Origin: Chrysemys picta bellii
Lineage: Eukaryota
Length of the DNA: 64,000 nucleotides
Assembly (NCBI RefSeq): GCF_011386835.1
Contig: NC_088795.1
Span: 15,872,001-15,936,000 of the forward strand
Direction: 5' to 3'
Shown here: positions 48,301 through 61,789 of the stretch, one piece after another
Position numbering within the stretch: position 1 is the stretch's first letter
Layout: the number at the start of each line of letters is the position of its first letter
Notes under the pieces: model-generated
Seen by the model: the letters and a program-made list of their open reading frames with translations, nothing else
What the model was told of the DNA's origin: nothing
Databases searched by the model: none
Position numbers and translations under genes: made by a program

Positions 48301-49322
48301 CTTCTGGAGCTAGCTGTGGGTGTTTGTGTTTCTAGAAACGTTTGTTACTGGGCTTTCTTCCCATTAATAACTGGGAGGAGCTTTTATTCGTGTGAGCTTG
48401 GGTAAATATGTATGAATGAGGGTATTCGTGCTGGACGTGCTAGCTATGCTGTGTACACTGTGACTGGGTTTGAATGAGGACAAGAAAAGATTGAATATTG
48501 GCCATCGGATTTTATAAATATGGCTTCTCCCTCTCCTCAGTCAGGAAGGAAACCAGCTATTTTTAAGATCTGGCATTTACTTATGCAGCCAAATAGAATG
48601 CAAGAGGTGGATGAAAGATTTAGACTGAGTTTCCGAGGCCTGTACACCTTCTGCTGTCTCTCTCCTTAAGCACGCCTCTCCCTGACAGACTCACAATCCC
48701 TGCAGGCACCATTCTAGTTTGTAACATTAGGGCATCCAGACAGGGAACAGAAATGATACCATGTGACTTAGACCCCAGTCACACAATGGGCACAGCAGAT
48801 TCCAAGTATTTGAAGGAGCACATGCTGTCGTGCTGTGGACAGTTTGCAAACGCTACCAATGTAAGGTGTTCATAAGAACTACACCTTGAACTGCAAACCA
48901 CCAACACAAGTCACAGCAGAATAGGCCAAATTCAGACAGGCCGTCGTTTACGTGAAACAGCTCTAGTCTGCAGCTCCCCAACCAGGCACCACATGTATTT
49001 AGCATAGGGCTGAACATGACATTTAAAATCTATGGATCAGCATCAAGCTGGTTTTCTTCCACCCCCCCCCCAAGCCCTCCAACTGCCTAGAGTTTCATAT
49101 AAAAATATTCCTTTTTGTCTATAGTCCCCTTCTGCCACGTGCTCTGTTTCCATGCTTTGCATCTCTGCCCCCCTCTCCTTCCCTTCCAGAAATGGTGGTG
49201 GTTGTATCGATAGCAGGAACTTCTTCAGGGATTGGCGACAAAGGGGACATTGCAAAGCTAAGAAAAGCAAACCTCTCACCCCTTCCCGCCCCGCTTGCCT
49301 GATTTTTCAGTGGGCTGCTGCT

Positions 49323-49609
49323 CAGAAGCGCTGCCAGCTTTTTTGCCGCCCTAGGCGGCAGAAGGTCTTGCCCCTGAAATGCCGCCCTAGGCGGCAGAAG
49401 GTCTTGCCCCTGAAATACCACCCCTGACAGGCGGTGGAAGGTCTCCCCCCCCCGAAATGGCGCCCCCGACAGAGGCGGCAGAAGGTCCCGCCCCCGAAAT
49501 ACCGACAACGACTGGGGCGGCTGAAGATCTGGCCACCGTGGTCGCTGCCCCCCAAATGTTAGTGCCCTAGACGACCACCTAGGTCACCTAATGAGTTGCA
49601 CCGGCCCTG
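49323..49609. mobile_element. GC-rich hAT MITE with 36-bp tandem repeats
   Basis: Perfect TSD CTGCTGCT; right end gttgcaccggccctg; gccgccctaggcggcagaaggtcttgcccctgaaat occurs twice exactly, followed by diverged units. Confidence 0.85.
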
Positions 49610-52600
49610 CTGCTGCTTTAAAGGCACAATGCCTCTAATGTAAACATGCTTTGTACTGATTTTATTGCCTACTGATCATGTGTTATTGTCCCTGATCCCT
49701 TGAGTAGATAAGTGTAACTAAACCTCAGCGGACTCAAGGGAACTACTGGGACTTTGAATCTCTGGGGCAGAGGCAGCAGTGTAGGGTGAGGCAAAATTTA
49801 AAGTGTGGAACCTTTCCCACCACCTTTCCCCCAGGCATCATTCTTAGACAATACTGTTAACTAACAGATTTATTGGCTGGGTGTAGAGTTTATTCTACAC
49901 CTAAGCTCTGAACGGAAAATGAATGATTGCACATGCAATTGCAAGTTTTCCACTAGGGCAGTGACAACATGTTAGCTAATGGGATTAAGAGATTTGGATT
50001 CTCTCAGCCTCTTGGCTTCCTAGATGATGATGGGTGAGTCACTTAACTGACACACCCCACTTCACCCATCTTTGTAAAGCACTTTGAGATCCTAGGAGGG
50101 AAGTTTGATGCAAGTGCAAGGTACCCAAATTGTGGATGTATAGCCACACGTGGCTCTTTGTGGTCCCACCTACCGTTGTAATGGAGTTCGTCGCACTAGG
50201 AAGAGCAATCCAAGTGTTTGTCACACTAGTGAATCCATGCTATGTGAGCCACTCAAGACATCACTTGGAGCATTAAGCAAGCTGGCATGAAGGGGAGAAA
50301 GAGAGGGACTTTAGGAGATGGAACCGGAGACTCAAGGGCTGCATAAGTAGCACTGCAGACCATGGAGAGAAAAGAGTAATACTGAACTCTATCAAAGCAC
50401 AGAGTTTTGATCTACTTCGAAGCATTTCTAAAGAGAACTGTTCAGAAGAGTTGTCAAGTTCTCTACTCTTAAATCTAGTTGCAGGCTGTTATTTATGAAT
50501 GCACTGTCAGATTTCCTTGTGCTGTAGTTTTTTGTGGGATGGTGAAGATACATACCCTAAGTAGAATTTGAACATGAAAATAGAAGGGTTATTCCTGATC
50601 TCCTTGGGAAGGGTGCTCCTGAAGCTTGGTGCTGCTGTTCAGAAGGGTCCAAGTGCAGTCTATATACCAGGGCTCTATCGGATGTGATGTGCTGAACAAA
50701 TTGCAGCTATCCTGGGTAGCTGTGTTGGTGCCTCTTCAAACTTCCTTCCTGCAGCATAACAATGAAGAGTCAGGACTGTGAGGTTTTCACAGCAACTGTG
50801 TGCCATATTGACCTACAGCCACTGAAGACAAGCAAAGGAAGGAGTGTGGCTTCCGTTTGGTTGAAATGCAGCTTGGATTAATGCTAACAATATCTGGGTG
50901 GAGCGATTCTGTTCCAGCTAGCCTGGTCAGGCGTTCTTCCTGCTCAGCATTTTCTGTAGCCCAGTGTTAGAGTTAATTTAGTCATTTGTCAACTTGTGTT
51001 CTTCCTTGAGGGGTTTATCTGCAACTTCAAACTGCTTCCCTGGAGTCTTGTCTCCACTAAGAAAACTTACACTGGAGTATCTGTGTAATTACAGTGAGGC
51101 AAGTGCAGCATACAGCCCGGGTTGCATGGAGTGGGGCTTACACCCATGTATCCTGACTCAGTATTTTAGCAAATCAAGCTAGACAGCTATAAGCCCAATT
51201 TTGTGCCAGTGTAGCTTGTCTAGGTCACAGGTTTACCATAGTGTAGCTACAGCAATACAGCTATTCTAGGAGAGATTTTCTTATGGTAGACAAGACCTAA
51301 GTCATTTTTACAGGTGTAAGCTCCCCCAAATACAAGCATTAACTTTTTATTTCCCACAGGTAGCTAATGGCCTGGTTATCAACAATGTTTAGTACACTAG
51401 CAGCAAGCTGTAGCTATGAGTCAGACCACCACATGACTAGCAAAATAAAGAACAGCCAAAGAGATGGTGTGTAAATACAGCAGGAGTGAGGGAAGAGTTG
51501 GTTACACCAGCAAATATACAGTTACACAAGTCCCATACCCCCAAGTTTCTTAGTGATTAAAGTATGAAGGGTTCCCCAAAGTCTCTCCCTTAAAATGCTC
51601 AATAGCCATTTTTGTAAAGAGGAAGGCCCCTATCACAGGCTCTTTAGGCCAGCACCCGTTCCCTTAGCATTCCTGCTTTCTTCTACTACTGATTGAGAGG
51701 TAGAAGAACCTGTATTATTTCAGGCCCCAGAATTCTCCCATTCCCAGCATGCCTTGCTAAAAGAAACTAACAGCACTCCTTCTCTTTCAGAGTGAAAAGC
51801 TTCCTTCGTGCTATGTTCGGAGGCGCCCTCTGAGGCGGGGGCAAGCGTCCCAAGCTCTACTTCCTGTTTTCTCCTAAGAGAAAAGTCCAATAAGGGTGAG
51901 GTAAACACTACAAGCTGAGCCACTTCCTTCCCCATTTTTATTTCCTTTTCTTCGAATCATGGCCCTAGCAGCAATTGGGGGCAAAGGGGCTTTGCCCGTC
52001 CTGGGGTCTTGGCTGCACTGCAATAGCTAACCCATAATGTAGCTGTGCTTTTCTGCAGCAAGGTGGGGTTTGTGCCAGCATGATGTACCGGCCCAGTTGG
52101 TCTGAGGGGTTGTGCTGCCCAGGGGAGAAAATGCTCTTGGGGCCCTGCCAAATGGCTGAGCATTGAAAAACCCCACCACACAGTTTGCACCCTTCACCCT
52201 TCCTGAATGTTGATTTGGAGCCCTTGAAAGCTGGCACCCAGGGTAACTGCCCTGATCACCCACCCCTAAGGCGTGTCCTACTGATTGGTCCCTTGTCCCT
52301 TTTACATGAGTTTGGTTTCACAGCTTTAAATTACTCTTGGCAAATCCTTAGTCCAGTTTCTCAAAGAGTATGGCTGTTTCTTCCCAGGCGCTTTCCTTTT
52401 CTCTGTGATGGTTGACACCCACTGCTCCCGCCTCTGAAAAAGCGAGTTCAGGAAGTGTCTCTGCCCACACTGTCAGAACACCATTTAATTGCAGTTGCAT
52501 GTGGGGAAGAACAGTGCATGGTGGAAAGGAAATTATAGGGCCCAGGCCCTCAGCACTCATGTGTTGTAGATTTTTTATCTCTACTTCCTGGTCAAAACAC

Positions 52601-53582
52601 TGCTCTGGGAATTGGGGCATCTGGGTTTTGTTCTCATCTCTATCATGTCATGTGGGGAATTGATTTAGGCCAGTGGCTCTCACCCTTTTCCATACTGGGT
52701 CCCCGTGTTACAGCAGAAAAAGCTTTTTGTTTATTCCTAGCTATCCCTAAAGAAATGAAGGATGGTTGTGACCCTCTGGCCCCATTTGCTACCCTGAAAA
52801 CTCATGATTTAACCTCTTTCAATATCCAGGTCTAACTCTGGCCACCAAAAACAATTTTTAACCAAACTTTCCATTTTTCTCTGTACCTTGGTGATGTTCA
52901 TGTAATTAACCAATCTCCTAACATGTAAGCTTTGTGATATTCTGCTTATACCTGGCAGTAACTTATCATTCTCCACTGACAGTATAACCCAGCGGTTAGT
53001 GTGTATTACTCTGCGTCCAATTGGCAGAGGCTATGAGCTTGTTACAGCCTCATCTATAGAGTCTTGGCTATTTCACTCAAGCTGTAGTAACCTGTGTTTT
53101 CAGCCCGAGAGGTGTCTGGTGGTATGTCCTCCAGGATGGGTAGCTAGCACAACAGCTCCGTATTTCTCCTGGACTAAGGGTGAAATCTCTCCTCCTCTAA
53201 GTGATTTGATCAAGCAGATAGAATATATAGTCTGTCTTTAACTGAAACCGCATCTATGCTCAGATTAGATTTTCAGAAGGAAGATACTATGGAAATACGG
53301 TGGGTTTTTTTTTTATTTTTTATTTTTATTCTCCCCCAAAGTGAAGGGCCTGCCAAAACAGGCCTCCTGTTCTAAATTGTTTTCTTCACCAGAAGTGTGA
53401 AAAAAAATCTGAAACTACTCTCAAACATATGATTTTGACTGAAGAAGTGGAGGAGGAGCTGTGAGGCAACATTGCTACTTTCTCTAGGCTAGAAATGTGG
53501 TACTCTGCCAATGCATTAACTTTGTCGATTGCCCATGAGCAGCTTGTTACGCAGCTGGAAAGTTAGTATGCGGGAAGACCCG

Positions 53583-53660
53583 GGCCCAGATCCTCAAAGC
53601 TATGTAGGTGTCTAACTCTCATGGGTGCTAAGTGCCTAACTAACATTGAGGGTCTGGGCC
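53583..53660. repeat. Short palindromic MITE-like repeat
   Basis: Arms ggcccagatcctcaa / ttgagggtctgggcc (14/15 complementary); a partial second copy lies at ~59826-59890. Confidence 0.6.
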
Positions 53661-54939
53661 TAACTTTCCCACTGGTGAGGCAAAAGGGTTCACTGAGCAA
53701 AACACTATGCAGAGGAAAGCTTCCTTGCTCTTTTAGAAGTGCTTGATTTCCCTTACCAGGCCCATACGCTGCATGTATATGGTTAGACATTTGTCCCCTC
53801 TTTGGGCATATAGCCCAGTCCTGCGCCTGTTGCAACCGGTGAGAGATTTCCCATTGACTTGGAATATAGGATTGGACCCATTTGTTATGTAGCCGTGGAG
53901 AACTCCTGGGATAAAGCACCATCTCTGTGCCCAATGACCTCTCCTCTGCTGTTCTCCAAAGCCATTCAGGCATCGCTAACTGTGTCCTGTGCTGTAAAGT
54001 ATGAAGGCCTAACTGAGTCAGGGAGGGCCTCCAGTGCTCCAAAGAGAGCTCCTGAAATATATGCCAGTATTAATACCCTCCTTGTTCACTGATTGTTCTG
54101 CTCCAGCTCTCCTCTTCCCTGCTCCTGGGTTTTGTTTCCTGCAGGAGCATTCCCTTTTCCCTCAAGACCATGGTGGCAAGTGCAGGATGAAACTCCACTT
54201 TCAGCTTCACACTGCAGATCAATTGCTCATTTTACATTTAAAACGCCAGACTGAACTCCCATTGATGTCAATGAGTTTTAGGGTCCTACATTTCTGTCAG
54301 CGCCATCCACCAGACGGCCTTCTTCAATCCCTGTTTGTTGCTAGAAAGGGATAGTAATGTAAGTGCCTTTCAGATGTGTGGCATTAGTCACTTACCACTC
54401 TAGCAACAGAGACCAATGCAGTATGAACTGAGTTATACTGGCATGGAACTCAAGCGGTTAATGGAGAGTCTTGTTTTACCATCTGCACAGGAAAATGATT
54501 CTGTAGCCTTTTTCTCCATGAAATAGGCCTCTATCCTTCCTGGTTATCTGCATCCTGCAGTAATTTCCTCCCCTCAGCTAAAATGAAGTTTATCTGTAAA
54601 ATAATTCTTAGAGTTGCTATATGAGCAACAAGCAAGAGAGATAATTAGAATAATTCTTTCTTGCAGTGCAATGGTATGATTCCAGCGGACTCTGCACGCA
54701 TCGGTGTGCCCTACTGGTTAGTGTAGTATTCTCAACCCTGAAAAGTTGAATAGATTTTTCTTTTGGGTGGAGACTGGAGTGGATACTTGTTCTTGTAAAA
54801 AAAATTAAGTGCCTGATCTTGCAGTTGTAAGCTCTCGTTGTCATCAGATGTGTTTTGCACAAGTGAAAGTTACTATACACAATGTAAGGCAGTAGAGAAG
54901 CAGGCCTCACAAGTGCAAAGTATTTTTAGGAACAAATAT

Positions 54940-55070
54940 NNNNNNNNNNNNNNNNNNNNNNNNNNNNNNNNNNNNNNNNNNNNNNNNNNNNNNNNNNNNN
55001 NNNNNNNNNNNNNNNNNNNNNNNNNNNNNNNNNNNNNNNNNNNNNNNNNNNNNNNNNNNNNNNNNNNNNN
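54940..55070. other. Assembly gap (131 N)
   Basis: Run of n. Confidence 1.
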
Positions 55071-56159
55071 AGGGATAGTATACTAAGTTTTATTATATTT
55101 TTGGATTCTGACAAGTTTTACAGTGTTTTCCATTCTCTGAATATTTCCGAGTGAATTATACTCATAGGCCAGAGACTTAAAGTTCTTGATCCAAAGTTTG
55201 GAGGTGTTGAAATGCTGCATCATAGCACAGATTCAATTCTAGTAAGAGGTTGGTTATTGTACATGAGGTAATTCAGACAATGAGAGTTTTAAACGTTCTT
55301 TGAAGACAGAACATTATGTAAGCGTTGATTATTGTATTAGTGTGACATGCAGCCTTAGTAATAGACGCGCTCTTTGGAGGCGAGGCAGCATAGATTAAGG
55401 ATTTAAAAGGTTTTCTTTTTTGTCCATGGGAAATTATATAAATGAATTTAAGTACCAGGGAGGGCTGAGTTTTAATTTCAGAAGAGAGAAATAAAACCAA
55501 ATGGAAAAGATGAGGGAAAACAATCACAAGCAGCAGAGAATCGTCTACTGTGGGAATGGAACGCTTTATATGTTGTACTTTGTTTGTTTATGTGTATCAG
55601 AATGGCTATATTTTCTCTCCAATAAAAGCTAACTTGAAAAAAGCCTATACTTCCATGGAGTCTGAATGGATATCTTAGTATATGCAGTTCCTAGGACCAC
55701 AAGACACTGTGCGGTGCCAGTGTTCCTCTTCCTCAGACGGCCAATCTAGCAGTGGTAGAGGACTGAAATAGTTGGTGCCTTGATGCCATAAAACACGTGG
55801 TTGCATTTAAAATGATGAGGTGAAATGATTCTCAGGGTCCCTAGCCAGACAGTGTAGCATAGCCAGAGAATTGTTTCAAAATGATGATCCCTCCATACAA
55901 TGGTGTAAACTGCAAAGCCAGAGACCATTCAAGAGAGAGAGGGCAGCAGGAGCCTTTGTGCAAACACACAGATGGTCAAGTCATAATTGTTACATCAAGG
56001 AATGTCCATACAATACTGTGCAAAGGGCCTGAGAGAGGCTGGCCTTCTGCAGTGACAGCAGTACAAGGAGCCTTCCTTCTAACCCCTCTGTCTCCAGCCA
56101 GCCATTATCGTGGTCCATTCACTTGGACTGAAGGGCTGATGGATAATCTAGCATTTAGG

Positions 56160-56352
56160 GTGCTAGCCTGGGGCTTTGGTTCAACTGCCTGCTCCTCCAT
56201 GGACTTCCCGCATGACTGTGGCAAATCTCTGCCTCAGTTCCCCATCTATAAAATGGGGATAATCGCACTGCTCTGCCTCGCAGCAGCGTTGGGGGGATAA
56301 ATACATTAATGATAGTGAGGTAGTCAGACGATAGTAATGGGGGCCATGTAAG
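56160..56352 (+). mobile_element. MIR-like SINE
   Basis: ctgcctcagttccccatctataaaatggggataat CORE, and tail gatagtaatgggggccatgtaagcacc. Confidence 0.75.
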
Positions 56353-56416
56353 CACCAACCATAGGTAGGGCTTGCTAATGCCACTTTATTAATGCCTGTA
56401 ATACATGGCTAGCAAA

Positions 56417-56893
56417 CAGGGCTGGCTCCAGGCACCAGCCCACCAAGCCTGTACTTGGGGCGGCAACTGGAGGAGGGTGGCGCGGGGCTCCAGCCCGAGA
56501 GCAGGATCCGCAGCGGGCTCGCCGCCCTCCCCCGGCGCTCTGGCCGCCGGGATGAGCAGAGCCCCGGCCGGGCTCGCCGCCCTCCTCCCGGCGCTCTGGC
56601 CGCCAGGGAGAGCCGGAGCCCCGGCCGGGCTCGCCGCCCTCCTCCCAGCGCTCTGGCCACCGGGGAGAGCTGGAGCCCTGGCCGGGCTCGCCGCCCTCCC
56701 CCCAGCGCTCCAGCCGGTCGGGGAGAGCAGGGCCCCGGCTGGGCTCGCCGCCCTCCCCCCGGCGCTCCAGCCGGTTGGGGAGAGCAGGCCCGTGGCCTGG
56801 CTCGGTGCCCTCCCCTGCCGCGCTGGAGGGGGGGGGGGGCGGCGGCGGGAGGCTTTTTTGCCTGGGGTGGCAAAAAAGCCAGAGCCGGCCCTG
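56417..56893. mobile_element. GC/CpG-rich hAT MITE with ~55-bp internal minisatellite
   Basis: TIR CAGGGCTGGCTC / GAGCCGGCCCTG; perfect TSD CTAGCAAA; about 5 units of gccgggctcgccgccctcc...ggggagag. Confidence 0.9.
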
Positions 56894-58329
56894 CTAGCAA
56901 AGACTGGACTGCAAGGACTTCCAGTTAGCTCAGCCCCTGTCCAAATGATGAAAGAAGTGAAGAGCCAACCTGTATCTTGACCTTCCCTTGTCACCCGCAC
57001 AAGCTGGCCTGAAATGTATTAAATAAATAAGGCAGAGAAATCAAAAACGCTCTAGCTAGCTAGAGCCAGACCACTCGCAGCCACATGGTCACAGTTTGTC
57101 TAAAAAACAGGCACAATGCCTGATTGTTTCCTTGCAAGTAAACACAACCAGAACAAAGCCTCAGCTGTATGTGTGTGTGCTTGTGAACCTCCTTGTACTT
57201 ATGTTCCTGGCTGTCCGCGGGCTGGCCAGAGCGATGCCAAAGGGGATGGGTGCAGGATACAAGCCTCGCAAAGGGAGACAAAGGGGAGACATGTGCAAGC
57301 AGCGAGAGGACAAATTAACCCCGTGACCTTTCTCACATGCACAGTGAGACCTGCCATTAACCTGTGCCTCGCGTATGACTCTGCCATGTCCAAAGATTTT
57401 ATCCTGTCTGACAGCAGCAGTCCCCAGCTGCTGATCGCAGGTTTAGAAAACAGATCTAGATCTAAATGGAAATGGAGTTTGCAAACCGATTCAGATTAAC
57501 CAGGCCTGCTTACAATTATTTTAATTGGCTCTAAAAACAAAACAGCCGCGCCAGTGAAGTTTACAAGCATGGCTAATTTGCTTCCTAACGTGGTCATTTA
57601 GTCTTCATGGCAAGAGTGGGTGTAATTTGCAGCCTGGTGCTATCTGTTTGGGTTTTATTTGACATGCACCTGTTAATACAGCACGGCTAATAGGTCGCCC
57701 ATTATGCTAACTGCTATGCTGATGAGATTTATCTGATTGAAGGCTATGAAATAGCCCTTCCATTTCCACACTGCTGAACAGCTCCACTTTCTGTCTGGCT
57801 ACGGAGACTCAGAACCTGCGACTTCATTGCCCGTATAAAAGGAGAGGCGTCAGTTTTAATATTTGGTATCAGCAGGTATGGCTTATCTGTTCCCACAGTG
57901 ATAGGCTTAGGTTAACACTAGGGAAAGTTTCCCAGGCTTGACGTTCCCCCAAAGTTATTTGTAATGCCTGAATCTCACAAGGAATAACAAACACTACATT
58001 CGATGTAACTTTTGTTTGACACATTTGTCACTGGCTCCTAGTGATAGAAGGAAAGAATGGGGAAACATTTCATGATGCAGTGCTGGGCTGGGGAACAGAA
58101 CGCAAATTCTATGGTAAAACTATGTGCAAAGCAGTCTGATCAGGTTACTGTCGCTGTTTTCTGTCTTCTGTTTCATTTTTCCATTGTTTAAATGGGCCGG
58201 ATGGGAATTCGATACATGTCTACAAGCATCTGGAAGGTGAAAATGCCAACGTTCCAGTCCTGCACTTGCAAGTCAATAGGAGTTTTTTGCCATTTATTTC
58301 TATCGAAGCCGTATCAGGCGCCATGGAGG

Positions 58330-58590
58330 GAGAAGAATTGTTTAGAGTGGTCTGAGGGTTATAATCAGGAGTAATAATATGGAACTGAGCAAAGGAGGCA
58401 CCTAATTAAATGGGAGAATTCAGGCGAACTGTCAGGGGGAAATTCCTCTTACTGAGCAATAAAGAATAGTCCCCCACTGGAAGTGATGGGAGACTGTTTG
58501 ATATTTAAAACTGGATAAAATATTAGTGAATTATGTTATAAAGACGAAACCTACATTGGCCAAGGGATGGGTTTAAGGAGCCAAGATTTT
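58330..58590 (+). mobile_element. Old CR1 3' fragment
   Basis: ggaactgagcaaagg...ttcaggcgaactgtcaggggga...tcccccactggaagtgatg...tttaaaactgga resembles a degenerate CR1 ORF2 end. Confidence 0.5.
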
Positions 58591-61048
58591 TCCAAATGAC
58601 TATTGATTTTTCAGTCCCTCAAGTTTTGGATGTTGTAGTTAAGACTCCTAAAAGGGGGCTGGTTTTCAGTGCTCAGTACTTCCCTCAAATCAGACCCCTT
58701 TAAGGTGTCTGAAGTTAGGCATCGCTAGTTATTTGGGAAAATCTTGGCTGAGTTCAGAACTCTTTTTCCAGCTTTATTTTCTACAATATTTTCTACTTAA
58801 AAAAAAATAAAAATAAAAGTTGAAAATGTAGTTGATACCTGCTCGTTGGAGGACTAAACCTGTTAGCCAGAAGTAGATCTAAAAGACAAGAGGCCAGATT
58901 GTGCACTTTGTGGAGTCATTACATTAGCCCCAAGTCTCTGCTACACCGTTTCTTCTGCAGTGTTCAGGGTGCTGTGAGGAGGCCTCTGCTCCTTTTCCCC
59001 CTCCTCAGCCTTCATTTTATAGGACCTCCTGTAGCACCATGAATAATAGCATTCCCAAGCAACAGCATGAAATGAACACGACCCCTGGCAATCTCTCTGC
59101 CCACAATGGTCTGAAGAGCAATAGTGAAACTGAAGTCTCAATAATTTCACACTGTTTCTGCTTGGCAAAGCTGCTATTCGATCTGCAGGTGTGGGCCTGG
59201 AACAGTGGTATGCCGTGACAGTTTTAGTGAGGCAACTCACTCGCATGACTTAGGCAGTTCAAAATGGTGTCCTCACAGTATGGTGCATACAAAGGCACGT
59301 CGTGCAGAGGACACCATTTTGTTCTACAAAATGATGCCCTCCAGGGGGGCTCAGGTGGAATCGTCCCTCAGAGAACTGCCAGTTGGACAGCATGCAGCAT
59401 GGAGGGCGTGCAGTGTGTACTTTGCAGACGTAGGCAGCACTCCACTGCACTGGAGCAGCTGGCAGACTCAGGAAGGCAATACTGCATTGGTTTACATTCT
59501 GATCCCATTCAGTAGGTTTTCTTTCCAACCATAAGGGCAATTAACCTGCTTAATTAAAGATGAAACCTTATATTTTGCAGACTTTCATGGCTTCTGTCAC
59601 CATATCACCAGAGAGGGCTTTCCACAGATGAAGTGGATTTTTTTTTCCAAGCTCTGTTTTAAAATATAAGCCTTAAAGTAGTTAGAATAGCTCAACGGGC
59701 GGGGGGGCACTAAGGATTTGTATAATGTAACGAATGTAGGAGTGACTACATAAATGAGACTGTGTAATGTTAATGACTAGGATAATGTCTGCGGTAAGCT
59801 GCTGAGTACACCCAGTATAGACTAAGGCCCAGATCCTCAAAAGTATTTAGGCACCTAACTCTCACTGATTTCAATGTACTTTTGAGAACCCAAACCTAGA
59901 TGTTTCCCAAAGGTGCCTTTCACCCATCTGACACAGCTCTCGAGTGCTTTACTGACCTCATTTTAGGACAGCTCCCATCCTCTAAAGATATTAGTAATCC
60001 TTTTCCAGTCTACATACGCACGTCTGGATCTGTGCCGGTTTGGAATTTCCCTCAGCTGCTCCTGATAAACCCAGTGACAGCTCTGTAAACGCCAAAGTAA
60101 AAACGGGGCATTTACGTTGGGAAGGAAGAACAGAGGACTGCCAGATTTTCTCACTGAAAAAAGCAAGAGCCAGGCCCGGAAAAGCGAAAAAAAGCCAAAG
60201 GCAGTTAATGGCTGGCCCGCATGTGGAACGATACTGTCTCCTGGCAACCTATGGCAATCGGGTGAGAGAGTGAAAGGAGATGGAATGAAGGGAAGTGCCA
60301 GCTTCTATTTCAAGTGGTTGAGAGAAAGTTTACTGTTCATTTACTGCAGACCTGCCCAGTTTATTAATATGCTGCATTCAAATTTAATCCCCACTGATGC
60401 AAAAGTACTGACAACAAGTATTTGTACAGTATCCAGCTGCCCATAGAAGAGTTGGGTGGTTAGTTATACTTGGCAGTTCCCATCTTTCTGCTCTGGCATT
60501 TGGTTGCCGTACTGATTTTTCAGTGTTAATTCATAATCAAAGCATAACCCTGGCATTTTCAGCTCTAACTCCTGTTCATCCCTGATTGGTCATATCACTA
60601 GTCATTTTTGTGCAACTGGCTTGTTACTTTGAATGCTGACAAACATTTTTTCATGGAAAAATTCTCTGTCTTATCAAAATACTATTTTTATGCAAAAAAT
60701 TGTTGGGGGAAAAATGTTGACCTGCTCTAAATTGAAGTTAGTCGAGACCATTAGATTGGATTAACTCTATTGACTTCAATGCAGGGATGAATCTGGCCTG
60801 CTGTTCCCTAAATATGTGATTGTAGTGTCCAACTTTTCCTCTGCCTTAGGATATCACTGCTTTAGAGTGCAGGGGACTGAGTAGATAAAAAAGAGCTAGC
60901 TTTTTGCCGTCTGATTTCATAAAAAAAAATGGAATTTCATTAAAAGACAAAAACAAAATTTGCAACAGTTTTTGGGGGGAAAAGGCCATTGATTGGGAAA
61001 AAAATCTTTCAACCAAATCATTTTGACTACCTGTAGTATCACTATATA

Positions 61049-61210
61049 CAGGGTCGGCTCTTGGTTTTTTGCTGCCCCAAGCAAAAAAAAAAAAGGCTGG
61101 AGTACCACCGCCGAAGCAAAGGTGCCACCCCCAAAGGGCCGAAATGCCGCCCCTTCAGAAGTGCCGCCCCAAGCACTTGCTTGGGACGCTGGTGCCTAGA
61201 GCCAGCCCTG
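61049..61210. mobile_element. Short hAT MITE (same termini as 56417-56893, opposite orientation)
   Basis: Termini CAGGGTCGGCTC / GAGCCAGCCCTG; perfect TSD ACTATATA. Confidence 0.9.
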
Positions 61211-61789
61211 ACTATATATTGATACTTAAGGGTCTGTCAGCATTTTCATTTCAAAACCCACTTTCAAGAGGCTTTTCACTTGGCTAGTGAAATTCATACC
61301 ATATTTAATATACACTCAGTATTCTGAAGTTGTTTTGATCGTGCTACCTAAGAAGCCATGTGCTTTAGGGATTAAAGCAGGATGACTTTGGTTGCTAATC
61401 TCACAAGTCACTGAGGTATTGTGCAACTACTGGCAAACCTGTTGACCTCAATATGACTAAGTCAACAAAACTGCTGACTGGATGGTATCACATCTAAGAC
61501 ATCAACTGCAGTCATGCTGGATAGCATCTTCACTGCTATACAGGCTTTGCAATGCTGCTTTCATTTCATGGTGTTTGATACTGATTTCCTCATTTCAAAA
61601 ACTCTTGAATGTGACTTTTAAAAACAGAGGACGTGATTCCCCGTTGCTCTGTATCTTGGGCCTTACTCACTTACACTAAGGTCTCTTTATACTGCTCTAG
61701 CACAGTAAGAGAGCCTTAAAGTGGGTACAAAAATCACATTTGCTCCCACTTTACATTGGCAGAGCAATGGGGCACGGAGCACTTGCTGA

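Noticed and set aside
56389-57000. Overlapping 157-203 aa Pro/Ala/Gly-rich ORFs on both strands
   Set aside because: They arise from the GC-rich tandem array in a TSD-bounded hAT MITE.
58930-59250. Possible Harbinger transposase C-terminus (ISCCCL / SCSFHAVA resembling ACC.LHN.A)
   Set aside because: The similarity is too weak and frame-dependent to support without a profile search.
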